Of a stretch of DNA of 64,000 nt, positions 9,175 through 19,249 are shown piece after piece. The stretch lies in NCBI GenBank assembly GCA_040005235.1, contig JBDTZG010000001.1, positions 128,001 through 192,000 on the forward strand. Reading direction: 5' to 3'. Source of the DNA: Acidobacteriota bacterium. GTDB lineage: Bacteria > Acidobacteriota > Thermoanaerobaculia > Multivoradales > UBA5704. The translations under genes and the position numbers were made by a program. Each line of letters starts with the position of its first letter. Position 1 is the stretch's first letter. The notes beneath the pieces were generated by a model. The model was not told the origin of the DNA and searched no databases. It saw only the letters and a list, made by a program, of their open reading frames with translations.

Positions 9175-12100
9175 ATGCCCAATTGCCGCTTCGCGCTCCG
9201 CTTAGGCCTGGTTTTCGCCCTGGTCGCTCTCACCTCGGGAGCGCTTTTCGCGGTCGCCGTCCGGCCGATCGTCGGCCATGCGGCGGCTTTTGGCGTTTCC
9301 CGGCCCGCGAGCGAGCTCGCCCGCCTGCCGGTGAACGTCCTGCGGGTTAACAAGGACGGCGAGGCGCGCGGGGAAGAAGAAGAGATCAACGAGCAGAACG
9401 GCGAGGACGTGAAGCGAGGCATTCCAGGCCGGGGCGCCGGGGCGCTCTCGCAGTTCCTCGACCCGACCGTGGCGGCGTCCAAGGCCAACGCGTTCCTGCG
9501 CGTGATCCCGGCGCCGTCTCTCACGTTCGACGGCATCAACAGCACGAGCGGCATCCTGCCGCCGGACACGAACGGCGACGTCGGCCTCAGCCAATACGTC
9601 CAGACCACCAACTCGTCGACCAGCGCGATCACCGCGGTCGGCGTCTTCGACAAGACCTCCGGCGCCCTCTTGGCTCCCGCCTTCTCGATGGCGACGCTGT
9701 TCGCGTCGCTCGGCGGCTCGGACCCGTGCGCCGCCAACGACGACGGCGACCCGATCGTGATCTACGACTCGTTCGCCGACCGTTGGCTGATCTCGCAGTT
9801 CGTGATCGGCACGGAGCCCACCCGCCAGTGCATCGCGATCTCCCAGACCGGGAACCCCTTGGGCGCCTATTTCGCCTACGACTTCATCATGCCGACGGAC
9901 GGCGACGGCAAGCTCAACGACTACCCCCACTTCGGCGTCTGGCACAACGCGTATTACATGACCGACAACCAGTTCAACACGGCGGGCACCGCGTTTGAGG
10001 GCGGCGGCATCTTCGCGTTCGACCGCAACAAGATGGTCGCGGGCGACCCGACGGCCACCTATATCTACTTCGACATCTTCGGCATTGACCCGAACGCCGG
10101 CGGCTTCCTGCCGACCGACGCCGACGGCGTGGTGCCGCCGCCGCCCGGCCTGAACCAGTTGGTGATGGAGTACCGCGCCGACGAATTCGGCGATCCGCTC
10201 GACGCCCTGCGCATCTACGAGGTCGTGCCGAACTTCGCGACCCCGATGTCCTCGACCGTCACCGTCCGGCCCGATCTCGCTCTGGCCGCGTTTGACGCCA
10301 ACCAACCCGCCGGCCGCGGCGATATCGAGCAGTCCGGGGGCGCCAACCTCGATTCGCTCTCCGACCGCCTGCTGCACCGGCTGCAGTATCGCAACGTCGG
10401 CACCTTGGTCGCGCCGCTGAACCGGTGGACCGGCAACTTTGGCGTCAACGTCAGCGGCGTGACTCCGACCACGGCGGGCACCTACCAGATCGCCCCGCGG
10501 TGGTTCATCCTGCAGAGCGCGGGCACGGCGTTGCCCACCGTGCTCGATCAGGGCACCCATTCGCCCGATGCGGGCAACGGCGCCACCGGCAACAACCGCT
10601 GGATGGCCTCGGCCGCGCTCGACAACCAGGGCAACCTGGCGGTCGGCTTCTCGCGCTCCAGCACCACCCTGCGCGCCGACATCATGATCGCCGGCCGGCT
10701 CGCCGGCGACGCCCCCGGCTCGCTGGTGCAGGGCGAGACGGTGATGTTCGCCGCCGCCGGTTCGCAGACCTCGACGTCGAACCGCTGGGGCGACTACAGC
10801 GCGATGACTGTCGACCCGATCGACGACTGCACCTTTTGGTACACCCAGGAGTATTACTCCACGACCTCGGGCGCCAACTGGCGCACGCGGATCGGCAAGT
10901 TCATCTACCCCAGTTGCATCGCCCCGCAAAAAGGCACGGTTGCGGTCAACGTCACCAACTGCGCCTCGGGCGCCCCGATTCAAGGTGCGACCGTCGCGAT
11001 GACCGGCGGCTTCGTCAACTCGACGAACGCCGGGGGCGCGATCGTCAGCAACTTCATGGCCGGCCCGGGTTCCTACACGGTCACCTCGAACAAGACCGGC
11101 TACCTCTCGGGACCAGGGTCGACCGCTCCTGCGGTAGTCACGAACGGCGGCACGACGACGGTCAACGTCTGCCTGACCGGCGTTCCCGCGGTCTCGGCGG
11201 GCGCCAACGCGATCGCCGCAGAATCGTGCACCCCCGCCAACTCGGTGCTCGACCCGGGCGAAACGGTCACGTTGAGCCTCTGCGTCACGAATAGCGGCAC
11301 GGCCGACACGACGGCCGCGACGACCGGCACCCTCCAGGCGACCGGCGGCGTCCTCACCCCCAGCGCCCCGCAGGTCTACGGCGTGCTCGTCTCCGGCGGC
11401 CCCGCGGTCTGCCGCAACTACACCTTCACGGTCGATCCGGCGCTCTCCTGCGGCGGCACGGTCACGGCGACGCTCCAGATCCAGGACGGCGCCACCAACC
11501 TGGGCAACGTCACCTACGACCTGATCACCGGCGCGCTCACCGGCCCGGTCGTCACCAACACCTTCAGCTACACCGGCCCGGCGGTCGCCATCCCCGACAA
11601 CGCGCCGGGAATCACCGTCAACTTGCCGGTCTCCGGCATCGCGGCGGGCAGCCAGGTCACCGACGTCAACTTCCGCTTCGACACCGGCGGCGCCTGCACC
11701 AACACGATCGGCGACCCCAACGCGGGCCTGGATCACACGTGGGTCGGCGATCTAGTGGTCACGATCACGGCGCCCACGGCGCAGAGCGTTTCGGTCATCG
11801 ATCGGATCGGCGTACCGGCCTCGGGCTTCGGCTTGAATGCCGAGAACTTCTGCGCCGTGACGATCGACGACGAGGGCGGCTTCCCGCCGATTGAAAACAC
11901 GGTCTTGAATCCGGTCACCGGCAACTTCTCGCCGAACAACCCGCTCTCCGGTTTCGACACCGTCACCGCGCCGAACGGCAACTGGATGCTCTCGGTCACC
12001 GACGGAGCCGGCGGCGACTCCGGCAGCTTGCGCCGCTTCTCGCTGGTCATCGAGACCACCGGCCGAGTCTGCTCGACCTCCTGCATCCTGGGCTGCAGCC

Positions 12101-12654
12101 TCACCTGCCCGGCGAACCAGTCGTTCAACAACGACGCCGGGGTCTGCAACGCCGTGGTCAACTACCCGGCTCCGACGAGCGTCGGCGCCTGCGGCACGGT
12201 CAGCTGCACGCCCGCCTCCGGCACGATCTTCAACGTCGGGACCCAGAACGTCACCTGCACCGATTCAGGAAGTGCCGCCTCCTGCGGCTTCACGGTGACG
12301 GTCAACGACACCGAGCCGCCGGTCGTCAACGCGGGCACCTGCCCGGCCATCAACATCTCCGGCCCGGGCGGCACTCCCGTCAACTACACCCCGCCCAGCG
12401 CTTCGGACAACTGCGGCCCGGTGGCCGGCAACTGCACTCCCCCCCCGGGCGCGATCTTCCCGAGCGGCACGACCAACGTCACCTGCACCTTCGCCAACGG
12501 CACCCAGCAGCCGTTGACCTGCACCTTCCCGCTGACGATCAACGGCTCGATCGTCGACATCCCGACCCTCTCCGGCCTCGGCTTCGGAGGTCTGGCCGCC
12601 CTCCTAGCCGCCGCGGCGATGATCGTCATGATGCGTCGTCGGCGAACGGTGTAA
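9175..12654 (+). CDS. Large secreted surface protein: uncharacterised N-terminal domain, carboxypeptidase-regulatory-like, proprotein convertase P-like and HYR domains, IPTL-CTERM anchor
   Basis: Signal peptide; PPDTNGDVG...RWGDYSAMTVDP domain; HTWVGDL..PNGNWMLSVTD (P-domain); DTEPP/ASDNCG (HYR); C-terminus DIPTLS + TM helix + RRRR. Confidence 0.9.
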   Translation: MPNCRFALRLGLVFALVALTSGALFAVAVRPIVGHAAAFGVSRPASELARLPVNVLRVNKDGEARGEEEEINEQNGEDVKRGIPGRGAGALSQFLDPTVAASKANAFLRVIPAPSLTFDGINSTSGILPPDTNGDVGLSQYVQTTNSSTSAITAVGVFDKTSGALLAPAFSMATLFASLGGSDPCAANDDGDPIVIYDSFADRWLISQFVIGTEPTRQCIAISQTGNPLGAYFAYDFIMPTDGDGKLNDYPHFGVWHNAYYMTDNQFNTAGTAFEGGGIFAFDRNKMVAGDPTATYIYFDIFGIDPNAGGFLPTDADGVVPPPPGLNQLVMEYRADEFGDPLDALRIYEVVPNFATPMSSTVTVRPDLALAAFDANQPAGRGDIEQSGGANLDSLSDRLLHRLQYRNVGTLVAPLNRWTGNFGVNVSGVTPTTAGTYQIAPRWFILQSAGTALPTVLDQGTHSPDAGNGATGNNRWMASAALDNQGNLAVGFSRSSTTLRADIMIAGRLAGDAPGSLVQGETVMFAAAGSQTSTSNRWGDYSAMTVDPIDDCTFWYTQEYYSTTSGANWRTRIGKFIYPSCIAPQKGTVAVNVTNCASGAPIQGATVAMTGGFVNSTNAGGAIVSNFMAGPGSYTVTSNKTGYLSGPGSTAPAVVTNGGTTTVNVCLTGVPAVSAGANAIAAESCTPANSVLDPGETVTLSLCVTNSGTADTTAATTGTLQATGGVLTPSAPQVYGVLVSGGPAVCRNYTFTVDPALSCGGTVTATLQIQDGATNLGNVTYDLITGALTGPVVTNTFSYTGPAVAIPDNAPGITVNLPVSGIAAGSQVTDVNFRFDTGGACTNTIGDPNAGLDHTWVGDLVVTITAPTAQSVSVIDRIGVPASGFGLNAENFCAVTIDDEGGFPPIENTVLNPVTGNFSPNNPLSGFDTVTAPNGNWMLSVTDGAGGDSGSLRRFSLVIETTGRVCSTSCILGCSLTCPANQSFNNDAGVCNAVVNYPAPTSVGACGTVSCTPASGTIFNVGTQNVTCTDSGSAASCGFTVTVNDTEPPVVNAGTCPAINISGPGGTPVNYTPPSASDNCGPVAGNCTPPPGAIFPSGTTNVTCTFANGTQQPLTCTFPLTINGSIVDIPTLSGLGFGGLAALLAAAAMIVMMRRRRTV

Positions 12655-12662
12655 CCCGGAGA

Positions 12663-12691
12663 AACGAGCCGCGTAAACCTCGCGGCTCGTT
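12663..12691. terminator. Stem-loop after the IPTL-CTERM gene
   Basis: Perfect 11-bp inverted repeat AACGAGCCGCG-7 nt-CGCGGCTCGTT. Confidence 0.6.
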
Positions 12692-12701
12692 CGAGTGAAA
12701 C

Positions 12702-12730
12702 AAAGAGAGGCCCCTTCGGGGGCCTCTTTT
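12702..12730. terminator. Intrinsic terminator between convergent genes, possibly bidirectional
   Basis: AGAGGCCCC-TTCG-GGGGCCTCT stem with a UUCG tetraloop, a 3' T tract and a 5' A tract. Confidence 0.85.
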
Positions 12731-12766
12731 CGTTGGGAGAACGATTCGGAATGCCGTGACCCGCTC

Positions 12767-13483
12767 TTACTTTTTCCACACCTCCGCACCCAACGGAAGC
12801 TCATTCAGCTCGGCCCGAGCTTCCCGCCAGGTTGGATAGTGCTGATCCATTAGCGCCATGAATCGCTCGCTGTGGGTTGGGGCAATCAGGTGCGCCATCT
12901 CGTGGACGACGACGTATTCGAGGAGGTCCTTCGGTTTCTTCACCAGCTCGGTGTTTAGACGGATGTTTCGTGCCTGGTGGTTGCAGCTTCCCCATTTGGT
13001 CTTCATGCGCTGGAGGAAATAGCCGGCCACTTCGACGCCGAGCTTCTGCTCCCACTTCCGAATCAGGTCAGGGATTGTGCGGTGGAGGAGGGACTTGTGC
13101 CACTCGTGAATGACCTCCTCGCGTTTTGCCTTGTCGCTGCCCGGCCGGACGGTGAGGGTGATGCTGCGGTGGCTGAGTTTGACGCTGGGCTTACCATCTT
13201 CTTCTCGAACGGTGAGCAGAAAGCGCCGTCCCCAGAGGTAATGGCTCTCGCGCTCCACGAACTGGCGGCGTGGTTCCCGCGCCTGGGCACGCAGTTTTTC
13301 CTGCTGGTCGCGGATCCAACCCAGCTTGGATGCAGCGTAGGCGCGGGCCACCTCGGGGCGTGTGGTCTTCGGAGCGACCAGCGTCACGCGCCCATGGGGA
13401 GGGTGGACGGAAAGGTGGACATGCTTGATGTCCTTGCGCGTCACGGCGATCGAGACCTCGCCGAGTTGGATCGTCTCTTCCAT
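12767..13483 (-). CDS. YgjP/DUF45-like (M48/SprT) zinc metalloprotease
   Basis: MKTKWGSCN and LEYVVVHEMAH (HExxH). The ATG overlaps the hsdR stop, a common companion arrangement in type I RM loci. Confidence 0.92.
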   Translation of the reverse strand: MEETIQLGEVSIAVTRKDIKHVHLSVHPPHGRVTLVAPKTTRPEVARAYAASKLGWIRDQQEKLRAQAREPRRQFVERESHYLWGRRFLLTVREEDGKPSVKLSHRSITLTVRPGSDKAKREEVIHEWHKSLLHRTIPDLIRKWEQKLGVEVAGYFLQRMKTKWGSCNHQARNIRLNTELVKKPKDLLEYVVVHEMAHLIAPTHSERFMALMDQHYPTWREARAELNELPLGAEVWKK

Positions 13484-16400
13484 CAGTAGCCCGGCTGGTT
13501 CTTGATCAGGTCGAACAAGGCGCGGGTCGCTTCGCGGTCGCGGTCTAGCAGCGGGAACAGCGCATTGAGGACCTGCTTCTCGCGGGTTTCGTCCCCTTTC
13601 CAACCCGCCGGAGCCTGCTCGCGCATCACAAGATCGATTTCAAGCGCCAACTCCAGGCGCTCATCCCCGTATTCGGCCCGGGGCTCCGCGACGATTCCGG
13701 CCCTGGCGCTGCCCGCCGCGAAGATCCGCGGCAGGTTGTTGTAGATCAGGGTCGCCTCGCGCTTGCCGTGCAGCTCTGCGGGCAGCCCCAAGTCGGTCTG
13801 CCTCGCCGCCAACCGCTTGGCCAGAGCCTCCTGGCCACGGAGGAACTCTTCATAGCTGATGGCGCCGGTCCTGAGCTGCTGGATCAGGTCTTCGAGCAGC
13901 TTCGACATCTCCTCGTAGAACCGGGGATCGGTCAACTGCTCGCGGAGGATGGTCTTTCTGACGTTGTTGATGATCCCCTCGGCGATCGCATTCTTCGACA
14001 GCTTGCCTTTCTCGTTGAGCTGTTGGGCGATTGCGTTGTGGATCCCGGTCTCGACGATCAGCTCGGTCAGCGACATCTCGCCCAGCTTCCCCAATCCCAC
14101 CGCGGGTTCGGCGTGGATGTAGGTGTTGAGGAGGTGGCGCATGTCCGCCTCGAAGGGCTTGGTGTCGAGCTCCTCGCCCGAGTGCTTTTTGATCGCGGAG
14201 CGAATTTCGCCGTAGCGCTCGACCTCCCTCTTGGCCGCAGCCGCCTCGGCGTCGGAATACCCGGCATCCTCAAGGTTCTGTGCGATGGCGACGTAGGCGC
14301 GCGCCAAGACCGCGACGGCTTTGTAGAACGAGACTCGCAAGGCTTCGGTCTCGTTGAGCGCTTCGGGGTTGGCGGCGTCGCCGCAAAAGTAGTGGAGGAA
14401 CTGTTCTACCTCCCGCGGCGGCGGCACCGGCTCGCACAGGTAGCGCAGCGCCTCCAGCGCCGCTTCGAGGTTCTTCCTGCCTTCCTTCAGCCAATCTTTC
14501 AAATGGACGTTGTTGTCGCCGCCATCGCCCAGATCGGTATCCAGCTCGTCCGAGTTATAGACGGCGATCGCTTCCTGCACTTTGCCGAACAGCTCCTTGA
14601 AGTCGACGATATGGCCGTAGTCCTTGTCGACTCCATCGAGGCGATTGGTCCGGCAGATGGCCTGGAACAGGTTGTGGTCGCGCAGCTCATGGTCGAGATA
14701 GATGTAGGAGCAACTCGGCGCGTCGAAGCCGGTCAGCAGCTTGGAGACGACGATCAGCAGCTTCAGGTTCGCCGGCTCTTCGATAAAGCGGCGCTTGGTC
14801 TCGTCTTCGTACTGCTTGGTGGTCTGATCGCGCCCGAGGACGTAGTTTGTGTAGGTGTCGAACTTGTAGCGCTCGTCGCTTTGGCTGGGCTCGCGCGAAA
14901 TCGCATTGTGGTTCGGCTCATACGAGGTGATGATTCCGCAATACCGGCCGAAACTGGTGTTCATAAACAGACGGTAGTAGTGGCAGGCGTCGTAGATCGA
15001 GGCGGCGACCAGGAGGGCGGTGCCGTGGTTGTCGTTGAGCCGGGACTCATTGGTGAAATCCTCGATGATGCTGGCGATGATTCGCTGTTTGCGTTCGCCG
15101 GAGCTCATCAGCTCTTCCATGGTGGCCCAGCGCTTGCGCAGCACCGCCTTCTGAAAATTGTTGAGGCGCTTGGTCTTCTGCTCGAACCACCGGTCGATGG
15201 CGGCCTGCGAGGTGAGCCGCTGCGGCACGTCGCGGGCCTCGTACTTGAGATCCAGGATCACGCCGTCGGCGACACCCTCGTGGAACTTGTAGGTGTGGAT
15301 GTAGGTGCCGAAGACGTCCTGCGTCATCCGCTTGTCTTTGCGCAGGAGCGGCGTGCCGGTGAAGCCGATGAAGATCGCGCCCGCGAGCCAGCGCTTCATC
15401 TGCTTGTTCATGTCGCCGCCCTGGGTCCGGTGGCACTCGTCCACGAAGACGTAGAAGCGTCCGCTGACGCGGGGCGGTTCGCCCTTCAAGTCGGACGCGT
15501 CGAACTTGTGGATCAGCGCGCACAGAAGGCGCTGTGTAGGGCTGCCCAGCTTTTCCACGAACGCCGCCCGCGAGGCGATACGCGGCGGGGGAGAATCGGC
15601 GCCAATGACCCCGGCGTTTTTCATCACGCCTTCGATCTGCTTGTCCAATTCGTCGCGATCGGTGACGATGAGAATGCGCGCTTCGGGGTCGTGCTCCAGG
15701 ACCCATTTCGCCAGGAGCACCATTACGATGCTCTTGCCGCTCCCCTGGGTGTGCCAGATGACGCCGCCCTCGCGCTTTGCGATGCGCTCTTGCGCTGCCT
15801 TCACGCCGAAGAACTGATGCGGTCGCGGCACCTTCTTCTGGCCGGCGTCGAAGAGGACAAAATTTCGGATCAGGTCGAGCAGCCGGGTCTTGCTACACAT
15901 CTGGGCGAGCGGGCGGTCGAGCAGCGCGCCCGCAACCGGTGCAGCACCGGTGGGCGCCTCGTCCTTCCATTCGACGAAGAACTGCTCCGGTGTGCCAGCC
16001 GTTCCGTAGCGGAGGCCTTGCGAGTCGCTGCCGGCGAAGAGGAGCTGGGCGGTGCTGAAAAACGCTTGATTGAAGATCTCTTCCTGGTTCGTAATGAGTT
16101 GCCGTACGCCGTCGCCGATATCGATCGAGCTGCGCTTGAGCTCGATCACCACCACGGCGAGGCCATTCAAATAGAGGACGATGTCCGGACGGCGCTCGTA
16201 GCCGCCTTTGAGCGTCACCTCCTCGGCGAGCGCGAAGTCGTTTCGTTCCGGGCGCTCCCAGTCGATCAAATGCACCGTTTCATTCACCCGGCCCGCTGCG
16301 ATCTGCACCGACACTCCGTATCGCAGGAGCTGGTAGGTGCGCAGGTTGGCCTGGTAGAGCGTGATGCCGGTCGAGTCGGCGGCTCTTTCGAGCTTCTGGA

Positions 16401-16602
16401 GAGCCGCGGAGATGTGGGCCGCCGAGTAGCCGCGGGTCACGAGGTTGTCGCGCAGGATCGTCGCTTCTATGCGGCGATTGTTCTCGCGCTTTTTCCACTC
16501 GCCGAGGTAGCGATACCCGAGGGCGTCGGGACGCGCCGAGTCGGTGAACAGGGCGACGATGCGGTTCTGCGTGGTGCGCTCGGAGCGGAGCGGTTCGTTC
16601 AT
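13483..16602 (-). CDS. hsdR: Type I restriction endonuclease subunit R
   Basis: Nuclease motif [14 protein letters not shown], Walker [28 protein letters not shown] and QAICRTNR. Confidence 0.96.
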   Translation of the reverse strand: MNEPLRSERTTQNRIVALFTDSARPDALGYRYLGEWKKRENNRRIEATILRDNLVTRGYSAAHISAALQKLERAADSTGITLYQANLRTYQLLRYGVSVQIAAGRVNETVHLIDWERPERNDFALAEEVTLKGGYERRPDIVLYLNGLAVVVIELKRSSIDIGDGVRQLITNQEEIFNQAFFSTAQLLFAGSDSQGLRYGTAGTPEQFFVEWKDEAPTGAAPVAGALLDRPLAQMCSKTRLLDLIRNFVLFDAGQKKVPRPHQFFGVKAAQERIAKREGGVIWHTQGSGKSIVMVLLAKWVLEHDPEARILIVTDRDELDKQIEGVMKNAGVIGADSPPPRIASRAAFVEKLGSPTQRLLCALIHKFDASDLKGEPPRVSGRFYVFVDECHRTQGGDMNKQMKRWLAGAIFIGFTGTPLLRKDKRMTQDVFGTYIHTYKFHEGVADGVILDLKYEARDVPQRLTSQAAIDRWFEQKTKRLNNFQKAVLRKRWATMEELMSSGERKQRIIASIIEDFTNESRLNDNHGTALLVAASIYDACHYYRLFMNTSFGRYCGIITSYEPNHNAISREPSQSDERYKFDTYTNYVLGRDQTTKQYEDETKRRFIEEPANLKLLIVVSKLLTGFDAPSCSYIYLDHELRDHNLFQAICRTNRLDGVDKDYGHIVDFKELFGKVQEAIAVYNSDELDTDLGDGGDNNVHLKDWLKEGRKNLEAALEALRYLCEPVPPPREVEQFLHYFCGDAANPEALNETEALRVSFYKAVAVLARAYVAIAQNLEDAGYSDAEAAAAKREVERYGEIRSAIKKHSGEELDTKPFEADMRHLLNTYIHAEPAVGLGKLGEMSLTELIVETGIHNAIAQQLNEKGKLSKNAIAEGIINNVRKTILREQLTDPRFYEEMSKLLEDLIQQLRTGAISYEEFLRGQEALAKRLAARQTDLGLPAELHGKREATLIYNNLPRIFAAGSARAGIVAEPRAEYGDERLELALEIDLVMREQAPAGWKGDETREKQVLNALFPLLDRDREATRALFDLIKNQPGY

Positions 16603-18002
16603 GGTAGAACCTCCCAATGGCCACCCTTGGCTGGGCCGACACGTCGCAATCGACCCGTGGCCTTGAGTTGGCGGATCTGCTTTTCCACCGCCCGTGGAGT
16701 TAAGTCCAGAGCTGATGCCATTTGCTGTGCGGAAAGACCCGGCTCCTTCTTCACCATGGCGAGAATTCGATCCTCGGTTTTCGCCGGCGTTTCTACCGGC
16801 GTTTCTACCGGCGTTTTCTCCGAACTTTTCTCCGAACTTTTCTCCGAACTTTTTCCGGCCGGATCGCCTTCGCCCTTTGGTCTCACGGCGTGGAGGTACT
16901 CAGACGAGAAGGCGAAATCCAGCCAAAGGTCGTGGCCGGCCAGCCGAATCTTCGGCTTCGGTGTTCCGGCGTCGCGGCAATCCTGGAAGATGCGCTGGAT
17001 GCCGCGTCCCCAGGCTTCGATTTCCCCGGCGCGGAAGAAGGCGTTGGCGATATTCGGGTTGTAGGGAAGCGAAGCGTGCTCGTACAGCAGGTCGCTCAGG
17101 TCCCAGCCCTCGGGCAGTACGGCGGGATTCCAGATGCTCAGCCGGTCCTCATAGACGCGGATCTGCACCGGAGCGGCCACGGCATAGTCGCGGTGGATCA
17201 ATGAATTGAGCAGGGCCTCGCGCAGCGCGGCATCGGGCACGGGGAAGGATTCGATGCGCTGAATGCCCTCATAGCGGATGGCGGCCTTGAGGTACTTGGT
17301 GCGCAACATTTCGAGGGTCGCCGCCACTTGGGTGAACAGGTCTCCGTGGACCTCATCGTGGTAAGCCAGATCGGATTCGGAGCGGAAGAAGCCGATCTTC
17401 ACGAAGGCGCCGCTCACGAAGGCCTCCGGGTCCTTGTGGAACAGCAACAGCGCAGCCCGTTTGAGGTGGGCGCCTTCGCGGAGTCTGAGCTTGTCGATGA
17501 GGTCCATGTAAGAGCCCTGCAGAGAGCCGGGTTGGACCCGCCCGCTGTGTCGCGCCAAGGCGCGGAAATTCCTGAGCGCGGGCCCCGATAGATTCTTGAT
17601 CGTCACGCCAGGAACGGGAACGCCGTCCCAAGTGCGGCCCTGCCTGCGTAGGAGAAAGCGATCCAGCGCGGCACCCTTCAATTCTTGGAGGGTGCTGCCG
17701 CTGCGCTGGTAGTAGTGGCCGCGATAGCTGATCGGCGAGGGGTAGGCCGACGTCACCACTTCGAGGAATTCTCGATCGCCTTCGCCGCGGAGGTTGACTT
17801 CGACGACGATGCCCAGCAGATCGCGGATCTTGTTCGGCAGCTCTTCCAACAGCCGCGCGGCGTCGGGGATGCCGACCACCCGCCCCTCGTCATCGCGCCC
17901 GATGACCAGCACGCCACCTTCTGCATTGGCGAAGCCGCACACCCAGCGCAGGTGATCGTCGCGCCACGATTCCTTCCATTCCGTGCGCTGGGATTCCTTC
18001 AT
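16599..18002 (-). CDS. AlbA_2 (Schlafen-like) + HATPase_c_4 (RecG C-terminal-like) + winged HTH protein
   Basis: [20 protein letters not shown]; [13 protein letters not shown]; [20 protein letters not shown]; C-terminal HTH ending GPAKGGHW. Overlaps both hsdS and hsdR. Confidence 0.9.
   Translation of the reverse strand: MKESQRTEWKESWRDDHLRWVCGFANAEGGVLVIGRDDEGRVVGIPDAARLLEELPNKIRDLLGIVVEVNLRGEGDREFLEVVTSAYPSPISYRGHYYQRSGSTLQELKGAALDRFLLRRQGRTWDGVPVPGVTIKNLSGPALRNFRALARHSGRVQPGSLQGSYMDLIDKLRLREGAHLKRAALLLFHKDPEAFVSGAFVKIGFFRSESDLAYHDEVHGDLFTQVAATLEMLRTKYLKAAIRYEGIQRIESFPVPDAALREALLNSLIHRDYAVAAPVQIRVYEDRLSIWNPAVLPEGWDLSDLLYEHASLPYNPNIANAFFRAGEIEAWGRGIQRIFQDCRDAGTPKPKIRLAGHDLWLDFAFSSEYLHAVRPKGEGDPAGKSSEKSSEKSSEKTPVETPVETPAKTEDRILAMVKKEPGLSAQQMASALDLTPRAVEKQIRQLKATGRLRRVGPAKGGHWEVLP
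16784..16855. repeat. Six tandem 12-bp units in the linker of the AlbA_2 gene
   Basis: ccggcgtttcta x2, ccggcgttttct, ccgaacttttct x2, ccgaactttttc; encodes (SSEK)3(TPVE)2. Confidence 0.9.
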
Positions 18003-19249
18003 AACAGCCGCGTTCTCCCGGTAAAGAGCTCCTGCATCATCGCCTGCTTGAGGTCGCGGGTTTTGTTGCGGCGGGCTTCGAGGGCGGACAGTTCGGCGTC
18101 CATGTCGGAGAGGACGGTGCCGATGGCGGTTTGCTCGGCGTAGGACGGAAGTGGCACTTCGATACTGGACAGCGCCGCCGCACTGATATGTACCACGGCG
18201 TCACCCTGACCCTTGCTCGCCTTCTGTGCGTTGACTGGCGCGGTGTTGCAGTAGTAGCCCATGAACATAGGTTGCACGCCGGCAAGTCGAAGGATAACGA
18301 TGTCGCCACCTGCGAATGCATCGCAGTCATAGGTGAAGGCGACGCATTTCCCAATTTCCTCCTTGGTTTCACCCGATCCGGCAAACAACAGGTCTCCTAG
18401 CTTCAGCCTGGTCGCTGTAGCCGCAACCTCCGGAGAGATCCAAGAGTTGAACGACCTGATGTAGTCAGTGTGGTGCGTGTAGATCTCACCGTATCGGACG
18501 CAGGGCAGATCGCCGCTCTTGGCTTCATCCTTTTTGACGCCACGACCCTTCAGAAATATTCCGAGATCCCCCAACCGCTTCACCTCCCACTCGCCGCGGA
18601 AGCCGGGAAGGCGCGTCTGTCCGGTCAGAATCTGCTGCATGGCGGCATGTTTGAGATCGCGCTTCTTGCCGATGAGCCGATCCAGTCCAGCCAGCAGCGC
18701 ATCGACGTCGTTCAAGGCCGTCGTGATAGCCAGTTGTTCGGATAGGCTCGTCGGAAACGGGACTGCGACCCGTTTCACGTCACGAATGTTGATGCCCTTT
18801 ACTGCCTGTCCGATAGTATGAAGTGAGATCTGATGTTGAGCACTTGAAGCTTGAAGAGCGTGGTAGAGAAAATCCTGTGACACCGAAGGGCCGACTCTGA
18901 CTCTAGCTGTGTCTTGCGTGATGTTTGCACCGGTCAGCGAGGAAGGCACAAGAGCAACTCGGCCGGTTGTCCCGCGAATAGTGATTAAAACGTCGCCCAC
19001 AGCCAGGCGCGATCGCTTATAGGCGGCGTCGATCGTAGGATGGGTGAGCAGGAGGTCAGCCTCACTGATCCGACCTGCCATGACATCTTTCACTTTTATC
19101 ACTGGGACCCCGCCGGAGCAGTGCTGCCCGGGCATTAAGATTCCGTAGCAGATTGGCGAATCTCGTCGAACGCATTCTTCAAGGGAACAGATGTACCAAT
19201 CATCGGGAATTTCCCCTGTGACCTGGCTATGTCGGGCCGTCACTTCCAT
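17999..19249 (-). CDS. hsdS: Type I restriction-modification specificity subunit S
   Basis: Two TRDs (IPDDW..., EWEVKRLGD...), each followed by a conserved helix (EQLAITTALNDVD..., EQTAIGTVLSDMD...AMMQELFTG). The TRDs look more AT-rich. Confidence 0.94.
   Translation of the reverse strand: MEVTARHSQVTGEIPDDWYICSLEECVRRDSPICYGILMPGQHCSGGVPVIKVKDVMAGRISEADLLLTHPTIDAAYKRSRLAVGDVLITIRGTTGRVALVPSSLTGANITQDTARVRVGPSVSQDFLYHALQASSAQHQISLHTIGQAVKGINIRDVKRVAVPFPTSLSEQLAITTALNDVDALLAGLDRLIGKKRDLKHAAMQQILTGQTRLPGFRGEWEVKRLGDLGIFLKGRGVKKDEAKSGDLPCVRYGEIYTHHTDYIRSFNSWISPEVAATATRLKLGDLLFAGSGETKEEIGKCVAFTYDCDAFAGGDIVILRLAGVQPMFMGYYCNTAPVNAQKASKGQGDAVVHISAAALSSIEVPLPSYAEQTAIGTVLSDMDAELSALEARRNKTRDLKQAMMQELFTGRTRLL

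Noticed and set aside
13768-17064. 1098-aa plus-strand ORF
   Set aside because: Antisense shadow of hsdR and the AlbA_2 gene; no motifs, and expected in GC-rich DNA.
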